A stretch of DNA of 64,000 nt, taken from an uncultured Pelagibacteraceae bacterium. GTDB taxonomy: Bacteria; Pseudomonadota; Alphaproteobacteria; Pelagibacterales; Pelagibacteraceae. Under the pieces are notes generated by a model. It saw only the letters and a program-made list of their open reading frames with translations. It did no database searches and was not told where the DNA came from. The DNA lies in the NCBI GenBank assembly GCA_902566975.1, contig CACFLA010000005.1, forward strand, positions 8,375 through 72,374, read 5' to 3'. Of the stretch, positions 9,534 to 19,178 are shown one piece after another. Position 1 is the first letter of the stretch; every line of letters starts with the position of its first letter. A program made the position numbers and the translations under genes.

Positions 9534-10906
9534 GATATTTTTCCTAATATATAGCTTTTCACATCTTTTATTTTGTTTTCTAAAATATCATAATTTTCTT
9601 TTTTATCCATTAAATGTGCTATCTGTTTTGGGGTTTCAACTTCCTGTGAAGTTGCCATTTTAATTGTTTCTAAAAATTTATAAGGATGTGCCGTACCCAA
9701 AATTAAAATTTCAGAACCATCTTTTATATCTTTGGAGGCACCGACTGCAGTTGCTGTATGTGGGTCAATAACAAAATTATATTCTTTTGAAAAGTTTTTT
9801 ATTATTTCAATAGTTTCTTTGTCATTTATTTTTTTAGCATTGAAATCTTTTTTTATGATGGCAATCTGTTCTTTATTTAGTAAAAATGAACCTTTAGATT
9901 TTAAATCATTCATAAAGATTGAAACTTGTTTATCATCTTCATTAACCACATCAAAAAGTAGTCTTTCAAAATTACTTGATATTTGAACATCCATACTTGG
10001 GGATAGGGATGGTTTTACTGTAGTCGGTTTATATTCACCTGTATTTATAACTCTTTCTAAAATATCATTTTCATTAGTGGCTACTATTAATTTTTCAATC
10101 GGTAACCCCATTTTTTTAGCTACATATCCTGCAAAAACATCCCCGAAATTACCAGTTGGAACTGCGAAACTAACTTTTTTATTTTGAAATTTAAAATAAG
10201 AATAAAAGTAATATACAATCTGACAAATTATTCTTGCCCAATTTATAGAATTTACACCTGACATATTAATTTTTTCTCTAAAATTATTTTCAGAAAACAT
10301 TTCTTTGACAAGTTTTTGACAATCATCGAATGTTCCTTTGATAGCAATATTGTAAACATTGCTGGATCCAATAGTTGTCATTATTTTTCTTTGTATATTT
10401 GAAATTTTTTCATGTGGATGCAAAACAAATAAATTAATATTTTTTCTATCATTTAATGCTGCGATTGCTGCTGAACCAGTATCACCAGATGTAGCCACTA
10501 TAATATTTACTTTTTTATTTGAGGAAATATTAAATTCATCATACATGTTTCCTAGAACTTGCATTGCTATATCTTTAAAGGCCAATGTAGGACCATGATA
10601 AAGTTCTATTAAATTTAAATTTCCAAACTTCTTTAGTTGTACAACCTCATCAGAAGAAAAGTTTTTGTATGATTTTTTAATAATATTTTTTAATTTATTC
10701 TTTTCTAAACTTGATGAGCAAAAATTGAATATTATTTCTGTTGCTAGATCAACATAATTTAAGATACTTAATTTTTTAATCTCTGCTTCATTATACTTTT
10801 TTATTTGATTTGGAATAAAAAGTCCTCCATCGGGAGCTAAACCTCTAAAAAAAATATCCTTAAAATTGTATTTAAGATTTTTATTCCTTGTGCTGATGTA
10901 TTCCAC
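9530..10906 (-). CDS. thrC: Threonine synthase (GTG start)
   Basis: PLP-lysine context GPTLAFKDIAMQ and SGDTGSAA. The start codon reads GTG (plus-strand cac at 10904-10906). Confidence 0.9.
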   Translation of the reverse strand: MEYISTRNKNLKYNFKDIFFRGLAPDGGLFIPNQIKKYNEAEIKKLSILNYVDLATEIIFNFCSSSLEKNKLKNIIKKSYKNFSSDEVVQLKKFGNLNLIELYHGPTLAFKDIAMQVLGNMYDEFNISSNKKVNIIVATSGDTGSAAIAALNDRKNINLFVLHPHEKISNIQRKIMTTIGSSNVYNIAIKGTFDDCQKLVKEMFSENNFREKINMSGVNSINWARIICQIVYYFYSYFKFQNKKVSFAVPTGNFGDVFAGYVAKKMGLPIEKLIVATNENDILERVINTGEYKPTTVKPSLSPSMDVQISSNFERLLFDVVNEDDKQVSIFMNDLKSKGSFLLNKEQIAIIKKDFNAKKINDKETIEIIKNFSKEYNFVIDPHTATAVGASKDIKDGSEILILGTAHPYKFLETIKMATSQEVETPKQIAHLMDKKENYDILENKIKDVKSYILGKIS

Positions 10907-11079
10907 TAGTTAGATAGCTTTACTTCTTTTTTAAAGTTTTTCTTCCATGATCTATTCAGTAATCCTAAAAGAGAAAGTGAAACTACAATAATTAATAAAG
11001 CCATTTGACCGCCGGATGTTTCTGAAATACATACGGCACACATTTTAAGTGTTTCAGGATTTGAAGTATCAATAATCAT
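10906..11079 (-). CDS. Unlisted 57-aa membrane peptide with an N-terminal CxxC (MIIDTSNPETLKMCAVCISETSGGQMALLIIVVSLSLLGLLNRSWKKNFKKEVKLSN)
   Basis: Hand translation. Its ATG overlaps the ctaG stop as ATGA (11076-11079) and its TAG overlaps the thrC GTG as TAGTG (10904-10908). It fills an otherwise empty 170-nt gap. One TM helix followed by a basic tail. Confidence 0.45.
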   Translation of the reverse strand: MIIDTSNPETLKMCAVCISETSGGQMALLIIVVSLSLLGLLNRSWKKNFKKEVKLSN

Positions 11080-11513
11080 TTTTTAAAATATACAAACTGA
11101 ATTATAGCTTCTTTTATATTCTTTGTCACATTTGGGTCAACTAATAAAACTAAGGCATATTTTTCTTTTGCTCCTGCTTTTAAAGTTTGTTTCTCGTAGC
11201 AAAAACAGTTCATTTTAGTCATAAAATCTTTGAGTTCAGGGGGGTAAACCTGAAAGGTTGCCATTGCTGAAACGCTTTTGCTACCCAAATTTTCTACTGA
11301 ATAATTTATTGTTTGTACCTCTCCTGGCTGTAAAATAATATTTGTCTGATCTGACTCAAACTTTAATGGTAAATCTTTATGAACACTTGTTATTAGTTTG
11401 GTTGGAATTTGTTGAGAAATATTTACATTTTTTTCAACAAACAAAAAATAAAGAATTATTATTAAAGTAATAATACTTATTGATATGAAAAATAATTTTT
11501 TATTTTTAAGCAA
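11076..11513 (-). CDS. ctaG: Cytochrome c oxidase assembly (CuB chaperone) Cox11/CtaG
   Basis: N-terminal TM plus a soluble domain with the Cox11 Cys motif (MNCFCYEKQTL). Lies in the oxidase cluster. Confidence 0.8.
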   Translation of the reverse strand: MLKNKKLFFISISIITLIIILYFLFVEKNVNISQQIPTKLITSVHKDLPLKFESDQTNIILQPGEVQTINYSVENLGSKSVSAMATFQVYPPELKDFMTKMNCFCYEKQTLKAGAKEKYALVLLVDPNVTKNIKEAIIQFVYFKK

Positions 11514-12420
11514 ATTTGTCCACTAAAATTGATATAAAAATTGCAAATAAATATAAAATTGAAAAAGCAAATATTTGTTTGGAAATACTTTTTTCAGATT
11601 TTTCATCTTTTGTTTTTAAAAGTCTAAAACAAATAAAAATATAATATGCGCTTAAAGGAAATGAAAATAGTAAATAGATAACACCCAAGAAATTTAGAAA
11701 ATATGGAGCTATTGCTACTGGAAATAATAATATTGAATAGACAAAAATGTTTTTCTTAGTTGTTTCTACACCTGATGTGACGGGCAACATAGGTATGTTG
11801 GCTTTTTTGTAATCTTCAGATTTAAATAGACTTAGAGCCCAAAAATGAGATGGTGTCCAAACGAAAATTATTAAAAATAAAATTATAGGTTCTATTGAAA
11901 TACTCCCTGTAGCTATTGCCCATCCAATTACTGGGGGTAGTGCACCTGCTGCTCCTCCAATTACAATATTTTGTGGGGTCTTTCTCTTAAGCCAAATTGT
12001 ATAAACGAAGATATAAAATAAAATTGTCAAAGCAAGTAGAGAGGCAGCCATTAAGTTTGAAAAAAAATATAAGGCCCCGACTGAAACAAAAGAAGATATT
12101 ACTCCAAAAATTAAGGCTTCTTTTTTTGTTAATTTTCCAGTTGGAATGGGTCTTAAACAAGTTCTAGACATTACCTTATCAACATCGGCTTCGTACCAAC
12201 AGTTAAGGGAACCGGCAGCACCAGAGCCTAAGGCAACAGCAGTAATAGATAAAATTGCATATAGGTAATCTATGCTTTTGTATGGTGCAATTAAAAAGCC
12301 AACTACACATGTAAAAATAGCAAGAGACATTACTCTAGGCTTCATTAATTCAAACAAAGCCTTAATATAGTGGATACTATCAAATTTAAATTCTCTAGTT
12401 TTTGTGTTGGTATTTAACAA
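11506..12420 (-). CDS. ctaB: Protoheme IX farnesyltransferase (heme O synthase), TTG start
   Basis: UbiA-fold motifs (LMKPRVMSL, NCWYEADVDKVMSRT.LRPIP). The start codon reads TTG. Confidence 0.9.
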   Translation of the reverse strand: MLNTNTKTREFKFDSIHYIKALFELMKPRVMSLAIFTCVVGFLIAPYKSIDYLYAILSITAVALGSGAAGSLNCWYEADVDKVMSRTCLRPIPTGKLTKKEALIFGVISSFVSVGALYFFSNLMAASLLALTILFYIFVYTIWLKRKTPQNIVIGGAAGALPPVIGWAIATGSISIEPIILFLIIFVWTPSHFWALSLFKSEDYKKANIPMLPVTSGVETTKKNIFVYSILLFPVAIAPYFLNFLGVIYLLFSFPLSAYYIFICFRLLKTKDEKSEKSISKQIFAFSILYLFAIFISILVDKFA

Positions 12421-12438
12421 TTGAGATCCTGTTATTAA

Positions 12439-12789
12439 TTATCCGCCCAAGACAAAATAAATAAGTCTTGAAAAAAACGTGTATTTAGCTTCAGCAACCA
12501 TTAGACCAACAAAACACGCAATTGCTGTCATCGGCCATAGCAATACATTCACAAGAGTATATCGTTCCCAAAACAGATGCATAAAGAAGGCCATAATTAG
12601 ACCTGCTTTCAGAAACATAAAAAATAATATTAAAGACCATCTTAAAATTCCTTGAAATTGATACCAGTCAACCATGTAAGAAAAAAAACTCAAAACGAAT
12701 AGGAGACCCCATATCCAAAGGTATATTCCAATCTTATGTGTTTGTGCTGGTTTCTCTTTATTTTTATCTAATTCTGTATTTTCATTCAT
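12439..12789 (-). CDS. Small oxidase subunit, prokaryotic COX-IV/CyoD-like (start trimmed to MNENTELD)
   Basis: Three TM helices with an FFMHLFWE-type motif. The listed ORF start (12855) would overlap the upstream gene by 58 nt; the ATG at 12787-12789 lies 8 nt after that gene's stop. Confidence 0.55.
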   Translation of the reverse strand: MNENTELDKNKEKPAQTHKIGIYLWIWGLLFVLSFFSYMVDWYQFQGILRWSLILFFMFLKAGLIMAFFMHLFWERYTLVNVLLWPMTAIACFVGLMVAEAKYTFFSRLIYFVLGG

Positions 12790-12797
12790 TGTAAAAC

Positions 12798-13502
12798 TTA
12801 CCAAAGATAGAAGAATGCGAAAATAAAAACCCAAACTAAATCCACAAAATGCCAATAAAGACCTAATATTTCAATTGAAACATAGTCTGATTTCATTGTT
12901 GTGAAAAATCCACGTCTACCTTTATCAAAATCACCTCTGTAAACTTTTCTAGCAAAAATAAAAAGAAATATTACACCTATCGAGACATGGGTGCCATGAA
13001 AACCGGTTATCATGAAGAAGTATGATCCAAATTGACCAGCGCCAAAGGGATTTGACCATGGTCTCACACCCTCATGTATTAGTTTGGACCACTCAAAAGC
13101 TTGCATTCCGACAAAAATTAATCCGCCGATGGCTGTAGCAAGAATAAGGTGACCACACATTTTTCTGTTTTTTTCATAACCATACTTTACTGCTAAAGCC
13201 ATAGTCCCGCTGCTAGTGATAAGAACAAAGGTCATGATAGCAATCAGAAGTAATGGTACTGGCACTCCCATGAAATCTAACGAAAATACGTGACTAGTAT
13301 TAGGCCAATCAACAACGGTTGAGGCCCTTCCTTTCATATAAGAAATTAAAAAACAACTAAATATAAAAGTGTCACTCAATAGGAAAATCCACATCATTGC
13401 TTTACCCCATTGAACTCCTTTGAAAGCAGTTTGGTCTGAACCTAAGTCGTTTGGAACGCTTTTCCAACCTTTAGGTAGATTATCTAATGATGAGTCTGAC
13501 AT
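12798..13502 (-). CDS. Cytochrome c oxidase subunit III family protein (CoxP-like)
   Basis: FFMITGFHGTHVSIGV and YWHFVDLVWVFIF motifs. Confidence 0.85.
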   Translation of the reverse strand: MSDSSLDNLPKGWKSVPNDLGSDQTAFKGVQWGKAMMWIFLLSDTFIFSCFLISYMKGRASTVVDWPNTSHVFSLDFMGVPVPLLLIAIMTFVLITSSGTMALAVKYGYEKNRKMCGHLILATAIGGLIFVGMQAFEWSKLIHEGVRPWSNPFGAGQFGSYFFMITGFHGTHVSIGVIFLFIFARKVYRGDFDKGRRGFFTTMKSDYVSIEILGLYWHFVDLVWVFIFAFFYLW

Positions 13503-13514
13503 AATTAGTTTTCC

Positions 13515-14147
13515 TTAACTTGATAACATTAATCCAAAAAGCACTAACCAAACTACTAATAAAAAATGCCAGTAAACAGCACAAATATCAATTAAATTAT
13601 TAATATCTTCTTTCTTAAGACTTCTTTTTATGAATTTTGAAGTTGTTTTTCCCCAAAAATATATACCTCCAATAATATGAAGGCCGTGGATTGTTGTAAA
13701 CAAATAGAAGAAAGCATTTGCTACATTACTTGTTGCATAATACCCAGTGTTGATTAATTGATACCAAACTATTAGCTGTCCGATTAAAAATGAATATGCA
13801 AGGAAACCAATGAAATACAAACAGTTCTTAGTTTTATCAAAGATTTCTTTTTTAGCATATTTTGTTGCCTGGTGAAAAACTATACTGCTTATTACTAAAA
13901 TTCCTGTATTAAACCAAAGAAGCCAAGGTTCTGGCATATTTCTCCAGTCGTTTACAAGCATTCGATCAGAATAAGCAACTACAAATAATGAAAATAGAAC
14001 GGTACTTGCCGCCATTATTGTTCTTAGCCCTAGCTTTTGTTTTGATATATTTACTGTTCTTCCTTCGTGGTCGTTATCAGCCTCTATTTGATCCGTTTCC
14101 CAAGGTTTTTCAGTTAGTAATTGAAAAATAGATTTTTTCCTGTTCAC
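13515..14147 (-). CDS. Second, shorter subunit III family protein (CoxO-like)
   Basis: FYLFTTIHGLHIIGG and YWHFLLVVWLVLF motifs, paralogous to the next gene. 4-nt overlap with subunit I. Confidence 0.75.
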   Translation of the reverse strand: MNRKKSIFQLLTEKPWETDQIEADNDHEGRTVNISKQKLGLRTIMAASTVLFSLFVVAYSDRMLVNDWRNMPEPWLLWFNTGILVISSIVFHQATKYAKKEIFDKTKNCLYFIGFLAYSFLIGQLIVWYQLINTGYYATSNVANAFFYLFTTIHGLHIIGGIYFWGKTTSKFIKRSLKKEDINNLIDICAVYWHFLLVVWLVLFGLMLSS

Positions 14148-15973
14148 GTCTTCTCAACTTTCGCTCCTATAATCTCACTTGGAGGTTGGTTTTGTGGAAT
14201 ATAATCCTCTTTTGCACCAGGAACACTGAAGTCGTATGGCCATCTATAAACTTTTGGAAGTTCTTTACCCCAGTTACCATGTTCTGGAGGCATTTGTGGA
14301 GTTTGCCATTCTAAAGAGTTAGCTTTCCAAGGATTTTTTTCAGATTTTTTTCCAAGTCTGGCGCTTGCAAATAAGTTATATAAAAACAATAACTGAGCAG
14401 CTCCTACTATTAGTACTGCGATAGTAATGAATTTATTTAAAAGTAACGTTGATGTGTCGATGTATGGGCTATCGTAAATTTCAAAATATCTTCTAGGAAC
14501 TCCGACGAAGCCTTGATAATGCATTGGGAAATAAATTGCATACGATCCTAAAAATGTAATCCAAAAATGAATTTTACCCAGAGTTTCGTTCATCATACGA
14601 CCTGTAATTAATGGGTACCAGTGATAAATAGCTCCGAAGATAACAAGTATAGGAGCAATACCCATAACCATGTGGAAATGAGCAACAACAAAGTAAGTAT
14701 CTGATAAAGGAACATCGACTGTTACGTTTCCTAAAAAAAGACCAGTCAACCCACCATTTAAAAAAGTTACTATAAAACCTAGTGAAAATAACATAGGAAG
14801 AGATAGCTGTATATTTCCTCTCCATAAAGTTAAAATCCAGTTATAAACTTTTATCGCTGTTGGAACTGCAATTATTAATGTTGTTGTTGCAAAGAAGAAA
14901 CCAAACCATGGGTTCATTCCGCTTACATACATATGGTGAGCCCAAACAAAAAAGCTTAATGCACCAATTCCGACAATTGCCCAAACCATCATTCTATAAC
15001 CAAAAATAGTTTTTCTTGAGTGGACGGATAGTAAATCTGAAACTATGCCAAAAGCGGGTAATGCAACAATGTAAACTTCTGGATGACCAAAAAACCAAAA
15101 TAGGTGCTGGAAAAGTATTGGGCTTCCACCTTCATGAGTTAAAGTTTCTCCTAATGAAACCATTGCCGGCATGAAGAAACTTGTTCCAAGCAAACTATCA
15201 AGTGTCATCATCAAACAACCAACTAAAAGTGCTGGAAAAGCAAACATCGCTAGGACAGTTGCCGTAAAAATTCCCCAAATCGTTAAAGGCATTCTCATAA
15301 GTGTCATACCTCTAGCTCTTAACTGTAAAACTGTAATGATATAATTTAGCCCACCCATTGTAAAACCAGCTACAAATAATATTAGTGAAATTAACATTAA
15401 TATTATCCCCCCGTTGTAGCCAGGTGTTCCGGCTGTAATTGCTTGAGGAGGGTAAAGAGTCCACCCTGCTCCGGTGGGACCTCCAGGTACAAAAAAGCTT
15501 GCTAGCAAAACTAAAACGGCAACAACAAATGCCCAGTAGCTGAGCATGTTTACGTATGGGAATGCCATATCTCTGGCTCCACACATTAAAGGTATTAATA
15601 AATTTCCAAAACCTCCAAGAAACAATGCTGTCAAAAGATAAACGACCATTATCATTCCATGCATCGTAACGAACTGATAATAAGAAGATGGTTCAAGCCA
15701 ACCAAGTCCTGGGAAAGCCAACTGAATTCTCATTAACCATGATAAAACTAATCCAAGAAGTCCTGTTCCAATAGCTGTTAAGGCGTACTGAATTCCAATG
15801 TACTTAGCGTCCTGCGAAAACACATAAGTAGTCCACCAACTATGCGAGTGATAAAGTTCTTGATCCGGCAATTCAGCTTCTGGAACTGCATCAATATCGG
15901 GCGTTGATACGGATGAGGCATCAGCTACGTAGTCTGATTTAGCTTCTAGTTTATGATCTTGTTCGTCTGACAT
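14144..15973 (-). CDS. ctaD: Cytochrome c oxidase subunit I (heme-copper oxidase)
   Basis: WFFGHPEVY, WAHHMY and VAHFHMV ligand motifs. 609 aa with an acidic N-terminal extension. Confidence 0.97.
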   Translation of the reverse strand: MSDEQDHKLEAKSDYVADASSVSTPDIDAVPEAELPDQELYHSHSWWTTYVFSQDAKYIGIQYALTAIGTGLLGLVLSWLMRIQLAFPGLGWLEPSSYYQFVTMHGMIMVVYLLTALFLGGFGNLLIPLMCGARDMAFPYVNMLSYWAFVVAVLVLLASFFVPGGPTGAGWTLYPPQAITAGTPGYNGGIILMLISLILFVAGFTMGGLNYIITVLQLRARGMTLMRMPLTIWGIFTATVLAMFAFPALLVGCLMMTLDSLLGTSFFMPAMVSLGETLTHEGGSPILFQHLFWFFGHPEVYIVALPAFGIVSDLLSVHSRKTIFGYRMMVWAIVGIGALSFFVWAHHMYVSGMNPWFGFFFATTTLIIAVPTAIKVYNWILTLWRGNIQLSLPMLFSLGFIVTFLNGGLTGLFLGNVTVDVPLSDTYFVVAHFHMVMGIAPILVIFGAIYHWYPLITGRMMNETLGKIHFWITFLGSYAIYFPMHYQGFVGVPRRYFEIYDSPYIDTSTLLLNKFITIAVLIVGAAQLLFLYNLFASARLGKKSEKNPWKANSLEWQTPQMPPEHGNWGKELPKVYRWPYDFSVPGAKEDYIPQNQPPSEIIGAKVEKT

Positions 15974-15994
15974 AATAATTTACCGTTTTATAGA

Positions 15995-16831
15995 TTATTT
16001 TTCCTTTTTTACTAGTTGCAAATTGTCATTTTTTTTACTTTTTGCTAACATTTTCTCAAAAGTAATCTGTTTTGCTTCCCATTTCTTATAGTCTTTCTCT
16101 TCATCCACGATAACTCTTCCCCTCATAGCATAATGACCAGTCCCACAATACTCAGCACACAAAACTTCAAAATCCCCTACTCTAGTTGGAGTCAACCAAT
16201 AATAAGTTATAATTCCAGGAACCATATCCATTTTTCCTCTAAATTGAGGAACATAAAAATTGTGCAGGACATCAATAGTTCTTAGTTCAAACTTTACAGG
16301 TCTATCCTTCAGCACGTGAAGCTCGTCTGCGTCTACCAATAAATCATCTTTCCCGTTAGGATCTTCTATTATTAATCCAAAAGGATTGTCATCATTAATA
16401 TATTTAATGTCGGTCTTTCCAAGCTTACCGTCTTCTCCAGGAAGTCTGTATTTCCATCCCCATTGGTAGGCGAATACTTCTACTTTGTATGCATTTTCTG
16501 GAACTGTAACATATTGATTCCACACAACTAGTCCTGGAGCCAAAAGAGCAGCAACTCCAATTGCGGTAGCCCATGTTAGCCTACTTTCTAATTTTTTGTC
16601 TTCTGGTTTATATTCCGCTCTTCTTTCTTTTTTATAGCTGAACTTCCAAACGCAATAAGCAACGAAAAAACAAATAGCTACAAACACTGCACCAGTTATC
16701 CAGAAGGTTAAGAGGATTGTATCATCCATGTTACCCCAATTTGATGCGACCTCAGTCCACCACCAAGGAGACCAAAAGTGAAATGCTATTGAGCCGATGG
16801 TTATTAAAAATATACTTAGAGCTACTATCAT
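15995..16831 (-). CDS. ctaC: Cytochrome c oxidase subunit II with an intact CuA site
   Basis: DVLHNF...CAEYCGTGHYAM (H, C, C, H, M ligands), so this is a cytochrome c oxidase rather than a quinol oxidase. Two N-terminal TM helices. Confidence 0.92.
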   Translation of the reverse strand: MIVALSIFLITIGSIAFHFWSPWWWTEVASNWGNMDDTILLTFWITGAVFVAICFFVAYCVWKFSYKKERRAEYKPEDKKLESRLTWATAIGVAALLAPGLVVWNQYVTVPENAYKVEVFAYQWGWKYRLPGEDGKLGKTDIKYINDDNPFGLIIEDPNGKDDLLVDADELHVLKDRPVKFELRTIDVLHNFYVPQFRGKMDMVPGIITYYWLTPTRVGDFEVLCAEYCGTGHYAMRGRVIVDEEKDYKKWEAKQITFEKMLAKSKKNDNLQLVKKEK

Positions 16832-16832
16832 T

Positions 16833-17093
16833 TTATGCGTTCGAAATAATAAAAATTCCTAAAAGTACAACACCTGCAATTAGAATATGGTTTCCCAAGT
16901 CTATTAAACCAATTTTCTTATTTTTTGGATCAATTAAATCCTTCCATCTAAATGGCACTGATTTTCTTTTAACAGCAATTTCAGCTTCATTTTCATTTTT
17001 CTCTAGTCTTAAAGAGACTGTGAAAAAAACAAAATAAATAAAAAGTCCTAAAAAAATAACCAGACCAAGTAATAGTGCGTAAGCTGTACTCAT
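16833..17093 (-). CDS. Hypothetical 86-aa two-TM protein heading the oxidase cluster
   Basis: ORF with two hydrophobic helices. Its stop lies 1 nt before the ctaC start. No family recognised. Confidence 0.5.
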   Translation of the reverse strand: MSTAYALLLGLVIFLGLFIYFVFFTVSLRLEKNENEAEIAVKRKSVPFRWKDLIDPKNKKIGLIDLGNHILIAGVVLLGIFIISNA

Positions 17094-17192
17094 AATTTAA
17101 TATCTATTTACTATATATATAAACTATATGCATGTTTAATAAGGTTTTGCGACATTTTTGCAAGGTAAAAATTGCTTTAAATTTAGTGGTAT

Positions 17193-17912
17193 TTAGTTGT
17201 TTTCCAAGTTGTAATTTAAAATTGTTGTTGATGCAATTGCTGCTGTCTCTGCGCGTAAAATATTCTTGGCCAAAGTGATTGATATTACATTTTTATCATT
17301 AATTATAAATTGCCTTTCCTCTTCAGTAAAATCACCCTCTGGTCCAATTAAAATGCAAATTGGATTTTTTTTGGATAATTTATTTTTAAAATCTTTTAAA
17401 TTTGAATTAATGTCACAAAATATAATTTTTCCTTCATCGGGGAAATATTTAATAAAATCAATAAGTCTCTGCATATCTAAAATTTTAGGCACTGTAATTC
17501 GATTAGATTGCTCACAAGCTTCGGTTATAATCTTCTCAGCTCTTTTTGTATTAATTTCTCTGACTACACTTCTTTCACATAATAATGGAATAAATTTTTG
17601 AATTCCAAGTTCTGTAGTTTTTTGAATCATTAAGTCTTGAGGAATTTTTTTAATTGGTGAAAAAGCTAACCAAATATTTTTTTCTTTAGATATAGGTCTT
17701 GATAATTTTTCAACTTTAAATTTGGTAAAAATTTTTCCTTGATCTAGAATTCTTATATCCCACTCCCCATCTTGAGAATTGAAAAGTGAAATTTTATCTC
17801 CTGCTTTTAGTCTCATTACATTCTTAGTATAATGAGATTGTTTTTCAGAAAGTCTAGAAATAGTACCTGTTTTTAATTTGTCTGGATAAAAAAGTCTTGC
17901 TTTTGATGCCAT
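17193..17912 (-). CDS. rsmE: 16S rRNA (uracil1498-N3)-methyltransferase
   Basis: RsmE/DUF558 pattern: ARLFY..., HYTKNVMRLKAGD, C-terminal IGPEGDFTEEE ... LRAETA. Confidence 0.85.
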   Translation of the reverse strand: MASKARLFYPDKLKTGTISRLSEKQSHYTKNVMRLKAGDKISLFNSQDGEWDIRILDQGKIFTKFKVEKLSRPISKEKNIWLAFSPIKKIPQDLMIQKTTELGIQKFIPLLCERSVVREINTKRAEKIITEACEQSNRITVPKILDMQRLIDFIKYFPDEGKIIFCDINSNLKDFKNKLSKKNPICILIGPEGDFTEEERQFIINDKNVISITLAKNILRAETAAIASTTILNYNLENN

Positions 17913-17933
17913 GAAGAATTTATATAAGTTAAG

Positions 17934-18911
17934 ATGGTAAAATCAATTATAATTAGCAAACATGGTGGTCCAGAAGTTTTGGAATTAAAGGACGTAAAGG
18001 TTGGTTCGCCTGGTCCTGAAGAAATTAAAATCAAAAATTTAGCTATTGGTTTAAATTTTATTGATACCTACCACAGATCTGGACTTTATAAATTAAAGCT
18101 GCCATCAGGTATTGGAATGGAGGGAGCTGGTATTGTCCAAGAAATTGGCTCTGCAGTGAAATATTTTAATAAAGGAGATAGAGTAACGTACTCACAATTG
18201 CCTTTAGGATCTTACTCTGAAGAAAGGATAATTCCTGAAAAAATCGCTGTAAAAATACCAGAAGGGGTAAACGACAAAGTTGCGGCAAGTATAATGACAA
18301 AAGGCTTAACTTCACATTATCTATTATTTAAAACTTATAAAGCAAAAGCAGGTGAATTAATTTTATTTCATGCCGCTGCCGGTGGAGTTGGACAAGTTTT
18401 TTGTCAGTGGGCAAAAAGTATTGGGTGTAGAATTATTGGGACTGTAGGATCTGACAATAAAATTGATATTGCAAAAGAAAATGGATGCGAGTTTGTTATT
18501 AATTATAATAAAGAGGATTTTGATAAAAAGGTTCTTGAGATTACCAATAATAAAGGTATCGGAGTAGTTTATGATGGTGTTGGAAAAAAAACTTTTGAAA
18601 AATCTATTAATTGTTTAAAACCGATGGGTACGATGATTTCTTTTGGAAATGCGTCTGGGGCTCTTGATCCAATAGATGTAAAAAAATATATAGCACATAA
18701 AAGTTTATTTTTTACAAGACCAGGATTAGCTGATTATGGAGCAGGAAGAGTAGCACTTGAAGAGGGAACAACTGCTCTTTTTGAACAAATAAAATTTGGT
18801 AAAATTAAGATAAAAATTTTTAAAGAATACAAGTTATCTGATGCAAAAAAAGCTCATGAGGATTTAGAGGGAAGAAAAATTTTAGGTCCAGCTGTTTTAA
18901 TACCAAATTAA
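17934..18911 (+). CDS. qor: NADPH:quinone oxidoreductase (zeta-crystallin-like MDR)
   Basis: MDR fold with GLNFIDTYHRSG and AAAGGVGQ nucleotide motif. Confidence 0.85.
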   Translation: MVKSIIISKHGGPEVLELKDVKVGSPGPEEIKIKNLAIGLNFIDTYHRSGLYKLKLPSGIGMEGAGIVQEIGSAVKYFNKGDRVTYSQLPLGSYSEERIIPEKIAVKIPEGVNDKVAASIMTKGLTSHYLLFKTYKAKAGELILFHAAAGGVGQVFCQWAKSIGCRIIGTVGSDNKIDIAKENGCEFVINYNKEDFDKKVLEITNNKGIGVVYDGVGKKTFEKSINCLKPMGTMISFGNASGALDPIDVKKYIAHKSLFFTRPGLADYGAGRVALEEGTTALFEQIKFGKIKIKIFKEYKLSDAKKAHEDLEGRKILGPAVLIPN

Positions 18912-18914
18912 AAT

Positions 18915-19178
18915 ATGAAAATTATAAGTCCATGTATTAGTATATGTAAAAGTGATCCTAAAACTGGTTTTTGTTATGGATGTGCAAGAACAGACCAGGA
19001 AAAGAAGATTTGGAAAAATTTAGAAACAACCAATGAATGGAAGAATAAAAATTTGAAAGTGCTAACTTCAAGAATGAGTGAAACACAATTAAAAACTTTT
19101 AACCAATCGTATGATGAGAAGATTAAATTTGGAAAATTAGTCTATTCTAAAAATTTAAAGAAAAAACCAAAGTCCTAA
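18915..19178 (+). CDS. DUF1289-family small Cys-rich protein
   Basis: SPCISICKSDPKTGFCYGCARTDQEKKIW pattern. Confidence 0.65.
   Translation: MKIISPCISICKSDPKTGFCYGCARTDQEKKIWKNLETTNEWKNKNLKVLTSRMSETQLKTFNQSYDEKIKFGKLVYSKNLKKKPKS

Noticed and set aside
12790-12855. Upstream extension of the subunit-IV-like ORF. Similar over-long starts occur for lspA (29573-29620) and the MIP channel (53877-53927).
   Set aside because: The extensions overlap the preceding genes by 58-62 nt and add non-homologous residues. Internal Met codons give compact junctions typical of this genome.
17094-17192. TTGC-N9-GCAA (TTGCAAAAATGTCGCAA, minus strand) upstream of the oxidase cluster as a possible FNR/FixK box.
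   Set aside because: It does not match TTGAT-N4-ATCAA in either spacing or sequence. It is a single weak occurrence.
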